From: Candidatus Omnitrophota bacterium
GTDB taxonomy: Bacteria; Omnitrophota; Gorgyraeia; Gygaellales; Profunditerraquicolaceae
Assembly: GCA_041309005.1 (NCBI GenBank)
Contig: JBFZAN010000053.1
Location: 34,252-98,251, forward strand
Direction: 5' to 3'
DNA: 64,000 nucleotides
Below are positions 54,095 through 62,942 of this stretch, piece after piece. Positions within the stretch are counted from its first letter, which is position 1, and each line of letters begins with the position of its first letter. Below the pieces are notes generated by a model. It saw nothing but the letters and a program-made list of their open reading frames with translations, had not been told where the DNA came from and did not search any database. The position numbers were made by a program, and so were the translations under genes.

Positions 54095-55449
54095 CGGATA
54101 AGAAATTCTTTGTTTTGCTGGTGGCGACGATAGGGATATTCCTTGCGCTTTTTTACTCCGCGAGGAGCGCCAGGCGTACCCAGACCGCCCAAACGCCGCC
54201 GGCGGGCAGCTCGCTGCCCCAGGCCACGATACCGATGCTGGAATCAAGGATGCAGCAGTTAAAGGACGCAGTCTCAACCTACGGCCAGCTAAACGTTTCG
54301 CTGCATAAGGCCTTCAACGAAGAAAAGGAAAAGTCGCTTGAGGTACGGGAAAAAGCGATGAGCCTGCAGGAAGAATTAAAAAATGTCACCGCGCAAAAAG
54401 ACGCCCTCTCAAAAGAATTGTCCGACACCAGGACGAAGCTGGAAATGACCCAACCTTTAAAGCAGAAGCTTATCCAGATGGAGACTGCGTTATCGGGATT
54501 GAACTTCAGCCAGGATATGCAGGGTGAGGTGGTGGCCCGGCTGGACACGCTGATCAAGGAGCTGGATTCCATCGACCAGCAGATGCCGTATCTGCTCAAT
54601 GAAAACATGGCCTTTAAAGTGCAGGTGCAGAACCTTTCCGATCTTCTTGGCCGCAAAGAGCAGGAACTGGCTGTACTGAAACAGCAGGCAGAAGACGCAA
54701 AAGTCAAAAATCAAACGCTCAGCAAGAACGTGGACGCGCTCTTAGAGCAGCTTATGGCGGCCAGCAAAGGGAGGCAGGCGCTGGAGCAGAAGGCCGCTGA
54801 TCTGGAAAAGGTCGCTTCGAATCTAAAAAAAGCCGGCTATTTCCTGAAGGAAAAATTAGAAAAGACGCGCAAAGAGCTCGGGGAAGTCAAGGAAAGAGAG
54901 GCAAGGGCCGCTCAGGAAAAACAGGAGGCTTTGGGCGGGCTGGGCGCAAGGCAGGAGCACCTGGCAGCGCTTGAAACCAGAAACCAGGCATTGGAACAGG
55001 AACTGGCGTCGCTCAAGGAAAAACTGGAGACGCTCAGTAGGGAATACGCGGGTTTCAAGGACGAACACGCAACCGCGCAGCTGGCGATCAGGCAGACTGA
55101 AGCGGAATTAAAGAAAAACAGGGATGAAATATCCTATTTTAAGGATAAGCTTGCCGACGCGGATACGAGGTTCATCGAACTTCAGTCAAAATATAACGAG
55201 GTGAAAAAAGAATCCGCTGTATTGCGGGAACAGTACGTGAATGTACAGCTGGAAAGGGAGAGGTTAAGGGATGAATTACAGCGGGCGCGGATGAATTTGA
55301 GCGAACTGCAGAATAAATTCCAGAAAATAGGCACTATGTTTATGTCGCAACCGCCGCCGCAGATGGCTTCGCCCGAAGAAGGGGCCTCTTCTCGCAGGAA
55401 GGTCGACGTGGAGCTTCTTCCCAAGACGAAAGAGGGATCTGAACAATGA
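54091..55449 (+). CDS. membrane-anchored long coiled-coil protein
   Basis: N-terminal TM FFVLLVATIGIFLALF followed by ~400 aa of heptad-rich sequence (many EL/QL/KEL repeats). Confidence 0.45.
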   Translation: MTDKKFFVLLVATIGIFLALFYSARSARRTQTAQTPPAGSSLPQATIPMLESRMQQLKDAVSTYGQLNVSLHKAFNEEKEKSLEVREKAMSLQEELKNVTAQKDALSKELSDTRTKLEMTQPLKQKLIQMETALSGLNFSQDMQGEVVARLDTLIKELDSIDQQMPYLLNENMAFKVQVQNLSDLLGRKEQELAVLKQQAEDAKVKNQTLSKNVDALLEQLMAASKGRQALEQKAADLEKVASNLKKAGYFLKEKLEKTRKELGEVKEREARAAQEKQEALGGLGARQEHLAALETRNQALEQELASLKEKLETLSREYAGFKDEHATAQLAIRQTEAELKKNRDEISYFKDKLADADTRFIELQSKYNEVKKESAVLREQYVNVQLERERLRDELQRARMNLSELQNKFQKIGTMFMSQPPPQMASPEEGASSRRKVDVELLPKTKEGSEQ

Positions 55450-56183
55450 GCCGCGATGCGCTTATATTGTGCGCTGCCGTGTGCGTGTCCGTTTCTGCCG
55501 CAATACGGGCCTATGGCGCGCCGGCCGAGGCTGGCCTGCCACCTGGCCGCATGATGCCGGCGCCCGCTGCCGACGCGGCGATAGCCGTTACGCAGGATGC
55601 CGGGTTGACCAGGCAGGAAAAGATAGAAAAGGCGCGCCAGCTTTATTCTCACGGGGAACAGCTTCTGGAGGACGGGAATTTTGTCGCCGCAGACGACGCG
55701 CTTAAAAGAGCGCAACGGTTACTCGAGGAATCCATACCCCGGCAAGCGCCGCTGCGTTTAAACGAAGCGCCTGCGTCCGATGATGACGGGGTGGCCGTGG
55801 AAGAACGGGTATGGCCCGCATCCAAGGCGTGGGAACTGTCTCAAGAAGGCGCTTCAGAAGAAGCGGTCGGCTATTACCTGAAGGCGATCGATCTTGAACC
55901 CGGGCGCGCCGACCTGTATTATAATCTGGGGGTAGAGTATTTAAAGACCGGTCAATATGCGTTTGCGGTAAAGGCCTTTAAAGAGTCGCTGCGCCTTGAC
56001 CCGAAGGACGCGTTCTCCTGTTATAATTTGGGGGTGCTCTACGAAGATTATCTTAAGGAGAAAAAACAGGCGCTGGAATATTACCGGAAGTTCCTGAAGC
56101 TTGCGCCCAACGCGGAGGAAGCGCCCGAAGTAAAGCGCTGGATACAGGAACTGATCAACTATTATAGCGAGGATGAACGATAA
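55446..56183 (+). CDS. TPR-repeat protein with signal peptide (PilF/Tgl-like pilotin candidate)
   Basis: Signal peptide LILCAAVCVSVSAA; TPR motifs (AVGYYLKAIDLEPGRADLYYNLGVEYLKTGQYAFAVKAFKESLRLDPKDAFSCYNLGVLYE...). Confidence 0.55.
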   Translation: MSRDALILCAAVCVSVSAAIRAYGAPAEAGLPPGRMMPAPAADAAIAVTQDAGLTRQEKIEKARQLYSHGEQLLEDGNFVAADDALKRAQRLLEESIPRQAPLRLNEAPASDDDGVAVEERVWPASKAWELSQEGASEEAVGYYLKAIDLEPGRADLYYNLGVEYLKTGQYAFAVKAFKESLRLDPKDAFSCYNLGVLYEDYLKEKKQALEYYRKFLKLAPNAEEAPEVKRWIQELINYYSEDER

Positions 56184-57876
56184 AGACCTGGAAGGTTTAT
56201 TATTATCTACGCATCTCTTAGACGAGACAGAGCTGCATAAGGCTCTGGACGAGATGAGGAAATTAAAGAGGCCGCTGGAAAAAATAGTGGTCGATATGCG
56301 CCTTGTTGACCGCGCGAGCCTCTACGAAGCGATAGCCAAGCACCAGGGGTTCAGTTACGTCGCGCTGGATTCCGTCCAGTATGACGAGACATTGACCAGG
56401 GTTATGCCCGAGGGTCTGGCGCGCCAGACGCAATCCGTTCCCTTCAGGACCGCTAACGATACTCTTCACGTCGCGATGGTTGAGCCCACCGATCTCTACG
56501 CAATCGATCAGATCCAGATGCATACCGGTACGCCCATCGAGGTATATCTTTCCAGCCCCCAGGAAATAGAAGAGGCGCAAAGCAGGCTGTATGCGGGCAA
56601 GAGCGCTCCCAGCGCGAAGAAGCTCATGGAGGGGATCACGAAAGTCTCTTCCGGCGTCGCCAAAGAGGCGGCCACCGAAGGGACTTCGATCATCAAGCTC
56701 GTAGATTTGGTTATATCCCAGGCAGTGCACGACAGGGCCTCGGACATCCATATTGAGCCGGAACAGGATATGCTGCGCATCAGGTTCAGGATCGACGGCA
56801 TCCTGCACGAGATACCCTCTCCTCCAAAAGAATGGGAGGCGGCGATTATTTCCCGGGTCAAGGTTTTATCGAATATGGACATCGCCGAGAGCAGGGTCCC
56901 TCAGGACGGCCACTTTCAGGCAAAGGTCGATGACAAGATAGTGGATTTCCGCGTCGCCACCATACCCACCATATACGGGGAGAACCTGGTCATGAGGCTC
57001 CTGGATACCGCCTCGGTAATGATCGGGCTGGAAAAGCTGGGGTTTGCAACGGAGTTTGAATTAAAGGCCTATGAGAAGCTGATCAATATGCCTTATGGGA
57101 TAATCCTTTCGACCGGCCCCACGGGAAGCGGCAAGACCACGACGCTTTATTCCGCGTTAATGAGGATAAATACCGTCGACAAACACATCATTACTATCGA
57201 GGACCCGGTGGAGTACCGCCTGGGGCTGATACGGCAGATCCAGGTGAACCCCAAGGCGGGGATTACCTTCGTCAACGGCCTGAGGGCGATTTTACGCCAG
57301 GATCCCGACGTGATCATGGTGGGGGAGATCAGGGATCTGGATACGGCGGTCATCGCGGTGCAGGCAGCGCTCACCGGCCATCTGGTGTTTTCCACGCTGC
57401 ACACAAACGACGCAGCGTCTGCGGTAACGCGCCTGGTAAACATGGGGGTTGAGCCGTTTTTGATCTCCGCCTGTCTGATCGGCGTGCTCGCGCAGCGCTT
57501 AGTAAGAAAGATATGCGAGCATTGCAAGGAGCCTTACGAACCGCCGGCGCTTATTATGCGAAGATGGGGTTTGGATAAAAAGAAAGGGCTCCTGCTCTAC
57601 CATGGCCGGGGCTGCGACCACTGTAAGGGTACCGGCTTCCGGGGGCGCGCCGGCATATTCGAGCTGTTGGTTGTCGACGATGAGATCCGGGAGATGATAA
57701 TTCAGGGAGCTTCCGCCATGGCGCTGCGCAAAAAAGCCCAAGTCAAAGGCATGAAGCTTTTAAGCGATGACGGATTAAGCAAAGTTTTGTCCGGCGTGAC
57801 TACCATCGAAGAGGTCTCCAGGGTCTGCGCCGAGCAGTCAGACGCTGTCCCGGATGATACGGAAGAGAAAGAATAA
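56173..57876 (+). CDS. pilB: type IV pilus assembly ATPase PilB (GspE family)
   Basis: N-terminal T2SSE_N domain, Walker A GPTGSGKTTT, Asp box, Walker B ...DPDVIMVGEIRD, His box, tetracysteine CEHC...CDHC. Confidence 0.9.
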   Translation: MNDKDLEGLLLSTHLLDETELHKALDEMRKLKRPLEKIVVDMRLVDRASLYEAIAKHQGFSYVALDSVQYDETLTRVMPEGLARQTQSVPFRTANDTLHVAMVEPTDLYAIDQIQMHTGTPIEVYLSSPQEIEEAQSRLYAGKSAPSAKKLMEGITKVSSGVAKEAATEGTSIIKLVDLVISQAVHDRASDIHIEPEQDMLRIRFRIDGILHEIPSPPKEWEAAIISRVKVLSNMDIAESRVPQDGHFQAKVDDKIVDFRVATIPTIYGENLVMRLLDTASVMIGLEKLGFATEFELKAYEKLINMPYGIILSTGPTGSGKTTTLYSALMRINTVDKHIITIEDPVEYRLGLIRQIQVNPKAGITFVNGLRAILRQDPDVIMVGEIRDLDTAVIAVQAALTGHLVFSTLHTNDAASAVTRLVNMGVEPFLISACLIGVLAQRLVRKICEHCKEPYEPPALIMRRWGLDKKKGLLLYHGRGCDHCKGTGFRGRAGIFELLVVDDEIREMIIQGASAMALRKKAQVKGMKLLSDDGLSKVLSGVTTIEEVSRVCAEQSDAVPDDTEEKE

Positions 57877-57879
57877 AAA

Positions 57880-59109
57880 ATGCCTACGTACGTATATAAA
57901 GCGGTAGACCAATTGGGTAAGCTTGTGAAGGGCGAGATGGACGCGGTAAGCGAAGTGGAGTTGACCACGCAGCTAGCCAAAATCGGGTATCTGCCCGTAA
58001 GCATAAGCTTCAAGACCAAAGGGGGAAAATCAAAAGAAGCCGCAGAAAGCTTTCTGAAGAGCGGGTATAAGGTTGATACCCAGGCGCTGGTGGTATTCAC
58101 CCGTCAGTTCGCGACGATCATAAAAGCCGCAGTCCCCATACTGGAAGGCCTTGGGGTATTGGCTGAGCAGGCGGAGGACCCGGCGCTCAAAGAGGTGCTG
58201 CGTAAAGTCATCCATGATGTTGAGGGCGGCGCGAGCCTCTCCCAGGCGATGGCAAAACACCCGGGCGTGTTTTCCAAGCTGTATATCAATACGGTGATCG
58301 CGGGGGAAAGCGCCGGAGTGTTGGACAAGGTGCTGCTAAGGCTCGCCAAGATGCTGGAAAATGATCAGGAGACGCGGTCCAATATCCAGTCTGCGTTACG
58401 CTACCCGATCATGGTGGTCATTGCGATGCTGGTGGCGGTTGTCGTATTGTCGGTATTTGTTATCCCCCAGTTTGCCAAGATCTATACGAGCGCCAAAGTG
58501 GCGTTGCCGCTGCCTACGCAGGTAATGATATTCATAAGCAATATTCTCATCCATCACTGGTTCATCCTCGTGCCTGTTGTGATAGGCGTAATTTTTGCCT
58601 TCCAGTGGTACATTAATACAACCGCGGGCAGGTGGCTCTGGGACGGCCTTAAATTCAAAGTGCCGATCGTCAGCAAGCTGTACACCAAAATGACGATGTT
58701 GCGCTTTGCCTCGATGCTCAGCGTCCTTTATCAGGCGGGGCTTCCCGTGCTCAGCACGCTGGATATCGTGGGGATGACTATCGGCAACGTGGTCCTTTCC
58801 AGGGAAGTGGACGTGATAAAACGCGATGTCGCCGACGGTAAAGGTATTTCAGGCGCGGTGTTGAACAGCCAGTTTTTCCCCAGGCTCGTCGGGTATATGA
58901 TCGCGATAGGAGAAAAAAGCGGCCAGCTTCCGATGATGCTGGATTCCCTGTGCGAATACTTCGATCTGGAAGTGAAGACCGTCACCAAGAACCTGACTAC
59001 CATGATCGAACCGGTGATGACCGCCGTATTAGGCACGGTCGTGGTCGGGATGGCGTTATCGATCTTTCTGCCGTTGTGGAACATGATACAGGTAATCAAG
59101 GGGGGATAA
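57880..59109 (+). CDS. pilC: type IV pilus platform protein PilC (GspF family)
   Basis: Two GspF repeats (..GESAGVLDKVLLRLAKMLE.. and ..GEKSGQLPMMLDSLCEYF..), three TM helices. Confidence 0.9.
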   Translation: MPTYVYKAVDQLGKLVKGEMDAVSEVELTTQLAKIGYLPVSISFKTKGGKSKEAAESFLKSGYKVDTQALVVFTRQFATIIKAAVPILEGLGVLAEQAEDPALKEVLRKVIHDVEGGASLSQAMAKHPGVFSKLYINTVIAGESAGVLDKVLLRLAKMLENDQETRSNIQSALRYPIMVVIAMLVAVVVLSVFVIPQFAKIYTSAKVALPLPTQVMIFISNILIHHWFILVPVVIGVIFAFQWYINTTAGRWLWDGLKFKVPIVSKLYTKMTMLRFASMLSVLYQAGLPVLSTLDIVGMTIGNVVLSREVDVIKRDVADGKGISGAVLNSQFFPRLVGYMIAIGEKSGQLPMMLDSLCEYFDLEVKTVTKNLTTMIEPVMTAVLGTVVVGMALSIFLPLWNMIQVIKGG

Positions 59110-59122
59110 CCAAAAAAAGGAT

Positions 59123-59980
59123 ATGGCGGGAATGGTGATTTCTATTGCGATAGTACTGGTCGTTTCTGCTGCGTTCGCTTTTTACGCGGTGGCGGTCGAC
59201 CGCCGCTGGAAGAAGAAAATAGAGGAAAAAACAAACCTGGTCAAGGAAGCCGAGGCGCAGATAGTGCATATGGAAAAAATGGCTTCCCTGGGCACGCTTG
59301 CCGCCGGGATCGCGCATGAAATAAACAACCCTTTAGGATTTTTGATCAGCAATCTCCAGAATCTCAAGGAATATATCCAGAAGCTGGAAGGAAAAATTTC
59401 TCTCGAAGAAAAAGAAAATCAGGTACTGCTCGATGATTTTAAGGCGATAGCCCAGGAGTCGCTCGATGGCGCGAAGCGCATAAAAAAGATCGTCTCGGAC
59501 CTGCGAACTTTTTCCCGCAGGAGCGAAACGCAGCATATCACTATCGACGTCAACCAGATCCTGGAAACCGTATTATCGATCGTCTGGAACGAGATAAAAT
59601 ATAAGGTCACGGTGGTAAAGGATTACCAGGCGAGCTCTACTACTTTGGGGGATCCGACCCAGCTGTCCCAGGTATTCCTGAACCTTGTCATCAACGCCAG
59701 CCAAGCTATCGCGGAGAAGGGCTCGATCAGCATCTCGACTTCGGAAGACGCGAACAATATTTACATCAAGATCGCCGACACCGGAAGCGGTATTGCGCCT
59801 GAAGTGCTGCCTAAGATATTCGACCCGTTCTTTTCCACAAAAAAAAGCACCGGGCTTGGCCTTTCGGTAACGTATAATATCGTTAAGCATCACGCAGGAG
59901 ATATACAGGTAGAAAGCAAAGTGGGCGCCGGCACGACCTTTACCGTTTGGCTGCCGAAAATAGCCAAACAAAACGAATAG
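59123..59980 (+). CDS. sensor histidine kinase (single TM, HisKA + HATPase_c)
   Basis: TM ISIAIVLVVSAAFAFYAVAV; H-box LAAGIAHEINNPL; N box LNLVINASQA; G boxes DTGSGI...GLGLSV. Confidence 0.8.
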   Translation: MAGMVISIAIVLVVSAAFAFYAVAVDRRWKKKIEEKTNLVKEAEAQIVHMEKMASLGTLAAGIAHEINNPLGFLISNLQNLKEYIQKLEGKISLEEKENQVLLDDFKAIAQESLDGAKRIKKIVSDLRTFSRRSETQHITIDVNQILETVLSIVWNEIKYKVTVVKDYQASSTTLGDPTQLSQVFLNLVINASQAIAEKGSISISTSEDANNIYIKIADTGSGIAPEVLPKIFDPFFSTKKSTGLGLSVTYNIVKHHAGDIQVESKVGAGTTFTVWLPKIAKQNE

Positions 59981-60017
59981 CGCACACAAAAGGTATCGAC
60001 AAGAGGAGGTGATCGGC

Positions 60018-60227
60018 ATGAGAAAGGTATACAATCTCGGCGACGATCTGTTTTTAGCGGTTGCATTTGTCTCGTTTATAGTGGGGGCAGTGTTGCGGCT
60101 CATGGGGATCTATGAGATAGCCTGGGGGATCACCAACCGCGCGCTGATCGTGAACGCCATCATATGCCTTTTATTCAGCATCGCGCTGAGCTTATATGAC
60201 CTGGCGCGCACCCAGGGCAAAGCGTAG
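60018..60227 (+). CDS. small membrane protein (2 TM, 69 aa)
   Basis: AAGAGGAGG RBS 8 nt before ATG 60018; two hydrophobic helices. Confidence 0.35.
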   Translation: MRKVYNLGDDLFLAVAFVSFIVGAVLRLMGIYEIAWGITNRALIVNAIICLLFSIALSLYDLARTQGKA

Positions 60228-60317
60228 CTTTTCACGGTATCTACGCGTGTGGTGTTATTGCCGCGAAACCAAAAACGCTTTAAAAATCGCTTTGAGGCGT
60301 TTTGATAAGGAGAAGGT

Positions 60318-60689
60318 ATGGCTTCCTACGACGAAAAAAGACAGTACCAGAGAGCGTATTTCAAAATAAAGGTGGAATGCAGGGGTAAGAGTTTCTGGCA
60401 GTACGTCGAGACCAGGGACATCTCCGCCGGAGGGATGTTCGTGGTTACGGATAAAGTAGAGCCAGCCAAAACGAAGATCGAAGTGATGTTCGAGTTCGAT
60501 GAGGGAGAGAAGAAGTTCATTTATGCGGAAGGCGTCGTCGCATGGAGCAGGGGCAAGCCCTTTAAGAACGAGGCCGGCGAAACCATACCGGCCGGAATGG
60601 GCATTATGTTTACCAAAATAACCCCTTCGGGAGGAAAGGCGTATATCGACCAATTGGTGAAGCAGACAGAGGAGAAGAAGAATGGCTAA
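60318..60689 (+). CDS. PilZ-domain protein
   Basis: RQYQRAYFK (RxxxR) and TRDISAGGMFV (DxSxGG) c-di-GMP-binding motifs; 123 aa. Confidence 0.7.
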   Translation: MASYDEKRQYQRAYFKIKVECRGKSFWQYVETRDISAGGMFVVTDKVEPAKTKIEVMFEFDEGEKKFIYAEGVVAWSRGKPFKNEAGETIPAGMGIMFTKITPSGGKAYIDQLVKQTEEKKNG

Positions 60690-61254
60690 GCATACTATTT
60701 TAATCGTTGATGATGAGCAGAATATCTTAAGCAGCCTCTCGAGAGTGTTACGCACCGAGGACAGGCAAGTCCATACCGCCGGCTGCGTCCAGGAAGGCAT
60801 CGAGAAGTTAAAGGCCTTAGGCGGCATAGACCTGGTGATCTCGGATAACCGGATGCCTGACGGAACGGGGGTCGATTTCCTGGTCAAGGTAAAGCAGTTG
60901 TATCCGGATACTATCCGGATACTTTTTACAGGGTACCCGGATCTTGACGCGGCCATCCAGGCGATCAATAAGGGGCAGGTCTACCGGTTTATCACCAAGC
61001 CCTGGGAAAATGAGGAGCTCAAGCTTATCGTGAGGCAATCGCTCGATTATTTCGACGTGCTCAGGGACAACCGCGTCCTGTTAAAGATCGCCCGCCAACA
61101 GGCGGAAATGCTGGAGACCATGCAAAAGAAATACCCCCAGGTTTCCCAGGAAGATATTAACAGGGGGGGGCTCTACATTATCGATGAGCAGCGGGTCTCG
61201 GAAACGCTTTCCGATTTTTTAAAGAAATATTACCCTCAGCAGATCAAAGAGTGA
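60682..61254 (+). CDS. response regulator receiver protein (REC + short C-terminal extension)
   Basis: ILIVDDEQNIL, phospho-acceptor region LVISDNRMPDGTG, ...ILFTGYPD..., KPW motif. Confidence 0.8.
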   Translation: MAKHTILIVDDEQNILSSLSRVLRTEDRQVHTAGCVQEGIEKLKALGGIDLVISDNRMPDGTGVDFLVKVKQLYPDTIRILFTGYPDLDAAIQAINKGQVYRFITKPWENEELKLIVRQSLDYFDVLRDNRVLLKIARQQAEMLETMQKKYPQVSQEDINRGGLYIIDEQRVSETLSDFLKKYYPQQIKE

Positions 61255-61279
61255 CCGCCTGTTAAAAAGGAGCCCGCCA

Positions 61280-62116
61280 GTGCAGGATTTTGAAGAAAAG
61301 CTTATCCAGGGCAAATGGCTTACCAGCCAGAATTATTCTATCGCGAAGAAAGAAGCCGGGAGGCTTGGCAGGTCGATCTGGTCTACCATGGTCAGGCTCG
61401 GTTTTCTTTCAGAAGAGGATATCTCTACCTTTTTTGCCGAAGAGAGCGGCATCCCCCACGCAAGGCTTTCCGATTATGAAATGGAGGAAGGAGTCGTGCG
61501 TCTCGTCAGCGAGGAGTTTTGCCGAAAGCACAGCGTGATCCCTGTTTTTAGAATCCAGGATACGTTATTCGTCGCCTTCAGTAATCCGCTTGATGCCTCT
61601 TGCATAGATAGCCTGGTTAAGATGACCGGCCTTGCTGTCGAACCTTTGATAACTTCAAAGCGCGCTATCTCTACCGCCCTGGATACCCATTACGGTCCTG
61701 ACGATAACGACTTCCTGATAGAGCAGTTCTTATTCAGGAAGAATCCGTTGCAGGGGATCCCCTTCAAAAGGGAAGCCGAGAGGATCAATTTAGAGATCCC
61801 GGTATCCCTTAAGGTAGTGGATAGCTCTGTCAGATTACATTACTCTTCGCCGATAGAGGGCTTTACGCGCAATATTTCGGTAAACGGGACGGCCCTGAGC
61901 CTTCAGGTGTTTTTGTTTCTGCCCAGGGATATCGCGGTTTCTCTTGAATTTAAGCCTACGCAGACTCTCTTTTCTTCAGGAGAAAGCATAGGCGCCAAGG
62001 GCCAGATCGTATATTGCCAGATGGAAAAAGGCCAGCGGTATTTGCTGGGTGTTCGATTTACTGATATAGCGAGTGAAAGCTTAAACACGCTTATTCGCCT
62101 GGCAAGAAGAAAATAA
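61280..62116 (+). CDS. T2SSE_N (GspE/MshE N-terminal-like) + PilZ two-domain protein
   Basis: N-terminal GspE_N-like fold (LGRSIWSTMVRLGFLSEEDISTFF...KHSVIPVFRIQDTLFVAFSNPLD...); C-terminal PilZ-like beta-barrel (REAERINLEIPVSLKVVD...RNISVNGTAL...). Confidence 0.6.
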   Translation: MQDFEEKLIQGKWLTSQNYSIAKKEAGRLGRSIWSTMVRLGFLSEEDISTFFAEESGIPHARLSDYEMEEGVVRLVSEEFCRKHSVIPVFRIQDTLFVAFSNPLDASCIDSLVKMTGLAVEPLITSKRAISTALDTHYGPDDNDFLIEQFLFRKNPLQGIPFKREAERINLEIPVSLKVVDSSVRLHYSSPIEGFTRNISVNGTALSLQVFLFLPRDIAVSLEFKPTQTLFSSGESIGAKGQIVYCQMEKGQRYLLGVRFTDIASESLNTLIRLARRK

Positions 62117-62208
62117 ATCAAGATCGGAATTATCTTCGTCTTTCCATCTTACTAAGTAATTGTAAGTAAAAGGGTAATGGGCAGCAAAGATAATAACAAA
62201 GATAAATC

Positions 62209-62237
62209 TTGACAATTTATATTTGATGACTTAAAAT
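62209..62237 (+). promoter_or_regulatory. sigma70-like promoter (-35 TTGACA, 17-nt spacer, -10 TAAAAT)
   Basis: TTGACA 62209-62214, TAAAAT 62232-62237; upstream of the stand-alone HTH gene; mirrors the promoter at 47688. Confidence 0.45.
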
Positions 62238-62302
62238 TATACCAAAGTATATCAAATATGGTCAGACTTGATCTAGGGAGAATAAGGGTTTCGTATAATT
62301 AA

Positions 62303-62494
62303 ATGGAAAAAAACAGGTTATATACAATCCAGGAAGTCGCAGAAAAGTTGGGTATTTCCAAGCAAACTCTTTTCCGTTACGAAAAGAAAGGCATTTTCCC
62401 GAAACCTAAACGGAACACGATCAATCGCTGGCGTCAATATACGGAAGAAGATATTAATAAGCTTAAAGAAATAATAAGGGGAAGTATTGAATAA
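62303..62494 (+). CDS. small MerR-like HTH protein (63 aa), paralogue of the N-terminal extension of the pilin at 47753
   Basis: MEKNRLYTIQEVAEKLGISKQTLFRYEKKGIFPKPKRNTINRWRQYTEEDINKLKEIIRGSIE; the 41-aa core is ~80% identical to the fused copy (ISKQTLFRYEKKGIFPKP[RK]RN.INRWR.Y.EE.I.K.K.I). Confidence 0.6.
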   Translation: MEKNRLYTIQEVAEKLGISKQTLFRYEKKGIFPKPKRNTINRWRQYTEEDINKLKEIIRGSIE

Positions 62495-62942
62495 GGGAGG
62501 CGTATTTCTTTTACTCCTGTGTTTCGGTATGCTTGCCGGCTGCGAAAGAGAAGCGGCGGTAAGCGTTAAAAAGAAGTCCGCCAAGACAAAAGGGAATAAG
62601 GCGGAAATGGCAGCTCACAGCGACGCTGAAGCGGGAGCATCCGGCGCGAAGCCGGCTATCATCGAGTCTTCAATGAGGACTAACCCGTTTTTGACCAGGG
62701 AGGAAGAAGACCTCTATAAGAAACAGGATACGCGAAGGCCTGTTAATTTTGACCTTTCCGCTATATTCTATGCCCCTCCCAAAAGCAAGGCTGTGATCGC
62801 AGGCAGGATCTACAAAGAAGGCGATATCGTTGACAATAAGGAAATCGTGAAGATCAATACCGGCGACGTTATTTTAAAAGACGGGCAGGGCGAATATATC
62901 CTGCGCCTGAAAACAGTGTTAAGGAGCGGTCCGCAGGGATGA
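62487..62942 (+). CDS. lipoprotein with PilP-like C-terminal beta domain
   Basis: Lipobox LLLLCFGMLAGC; the C-terminus VNFDLSAIFYAPPKSKAVIAGRIYKEGDIVDNKEIVKINTGDVILKDGQGEYILRLK follows the same pattern as the PilP-like gene at 52216. Confidence 0.45.
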   Translation: MNKGGVFLLLLCFGMLAGCEREAAVSVKKKSAKTKGNKAEMAAHSDAEAGASGAKPAIIESSMRTNPFLTREEEDLYKKQDTRRPVNFDLSAIFYAPPKSKAVIAGRIYKEGDIVDNKEIVKINTGDVILKDGQGEYILRLKTVLRSGPQG

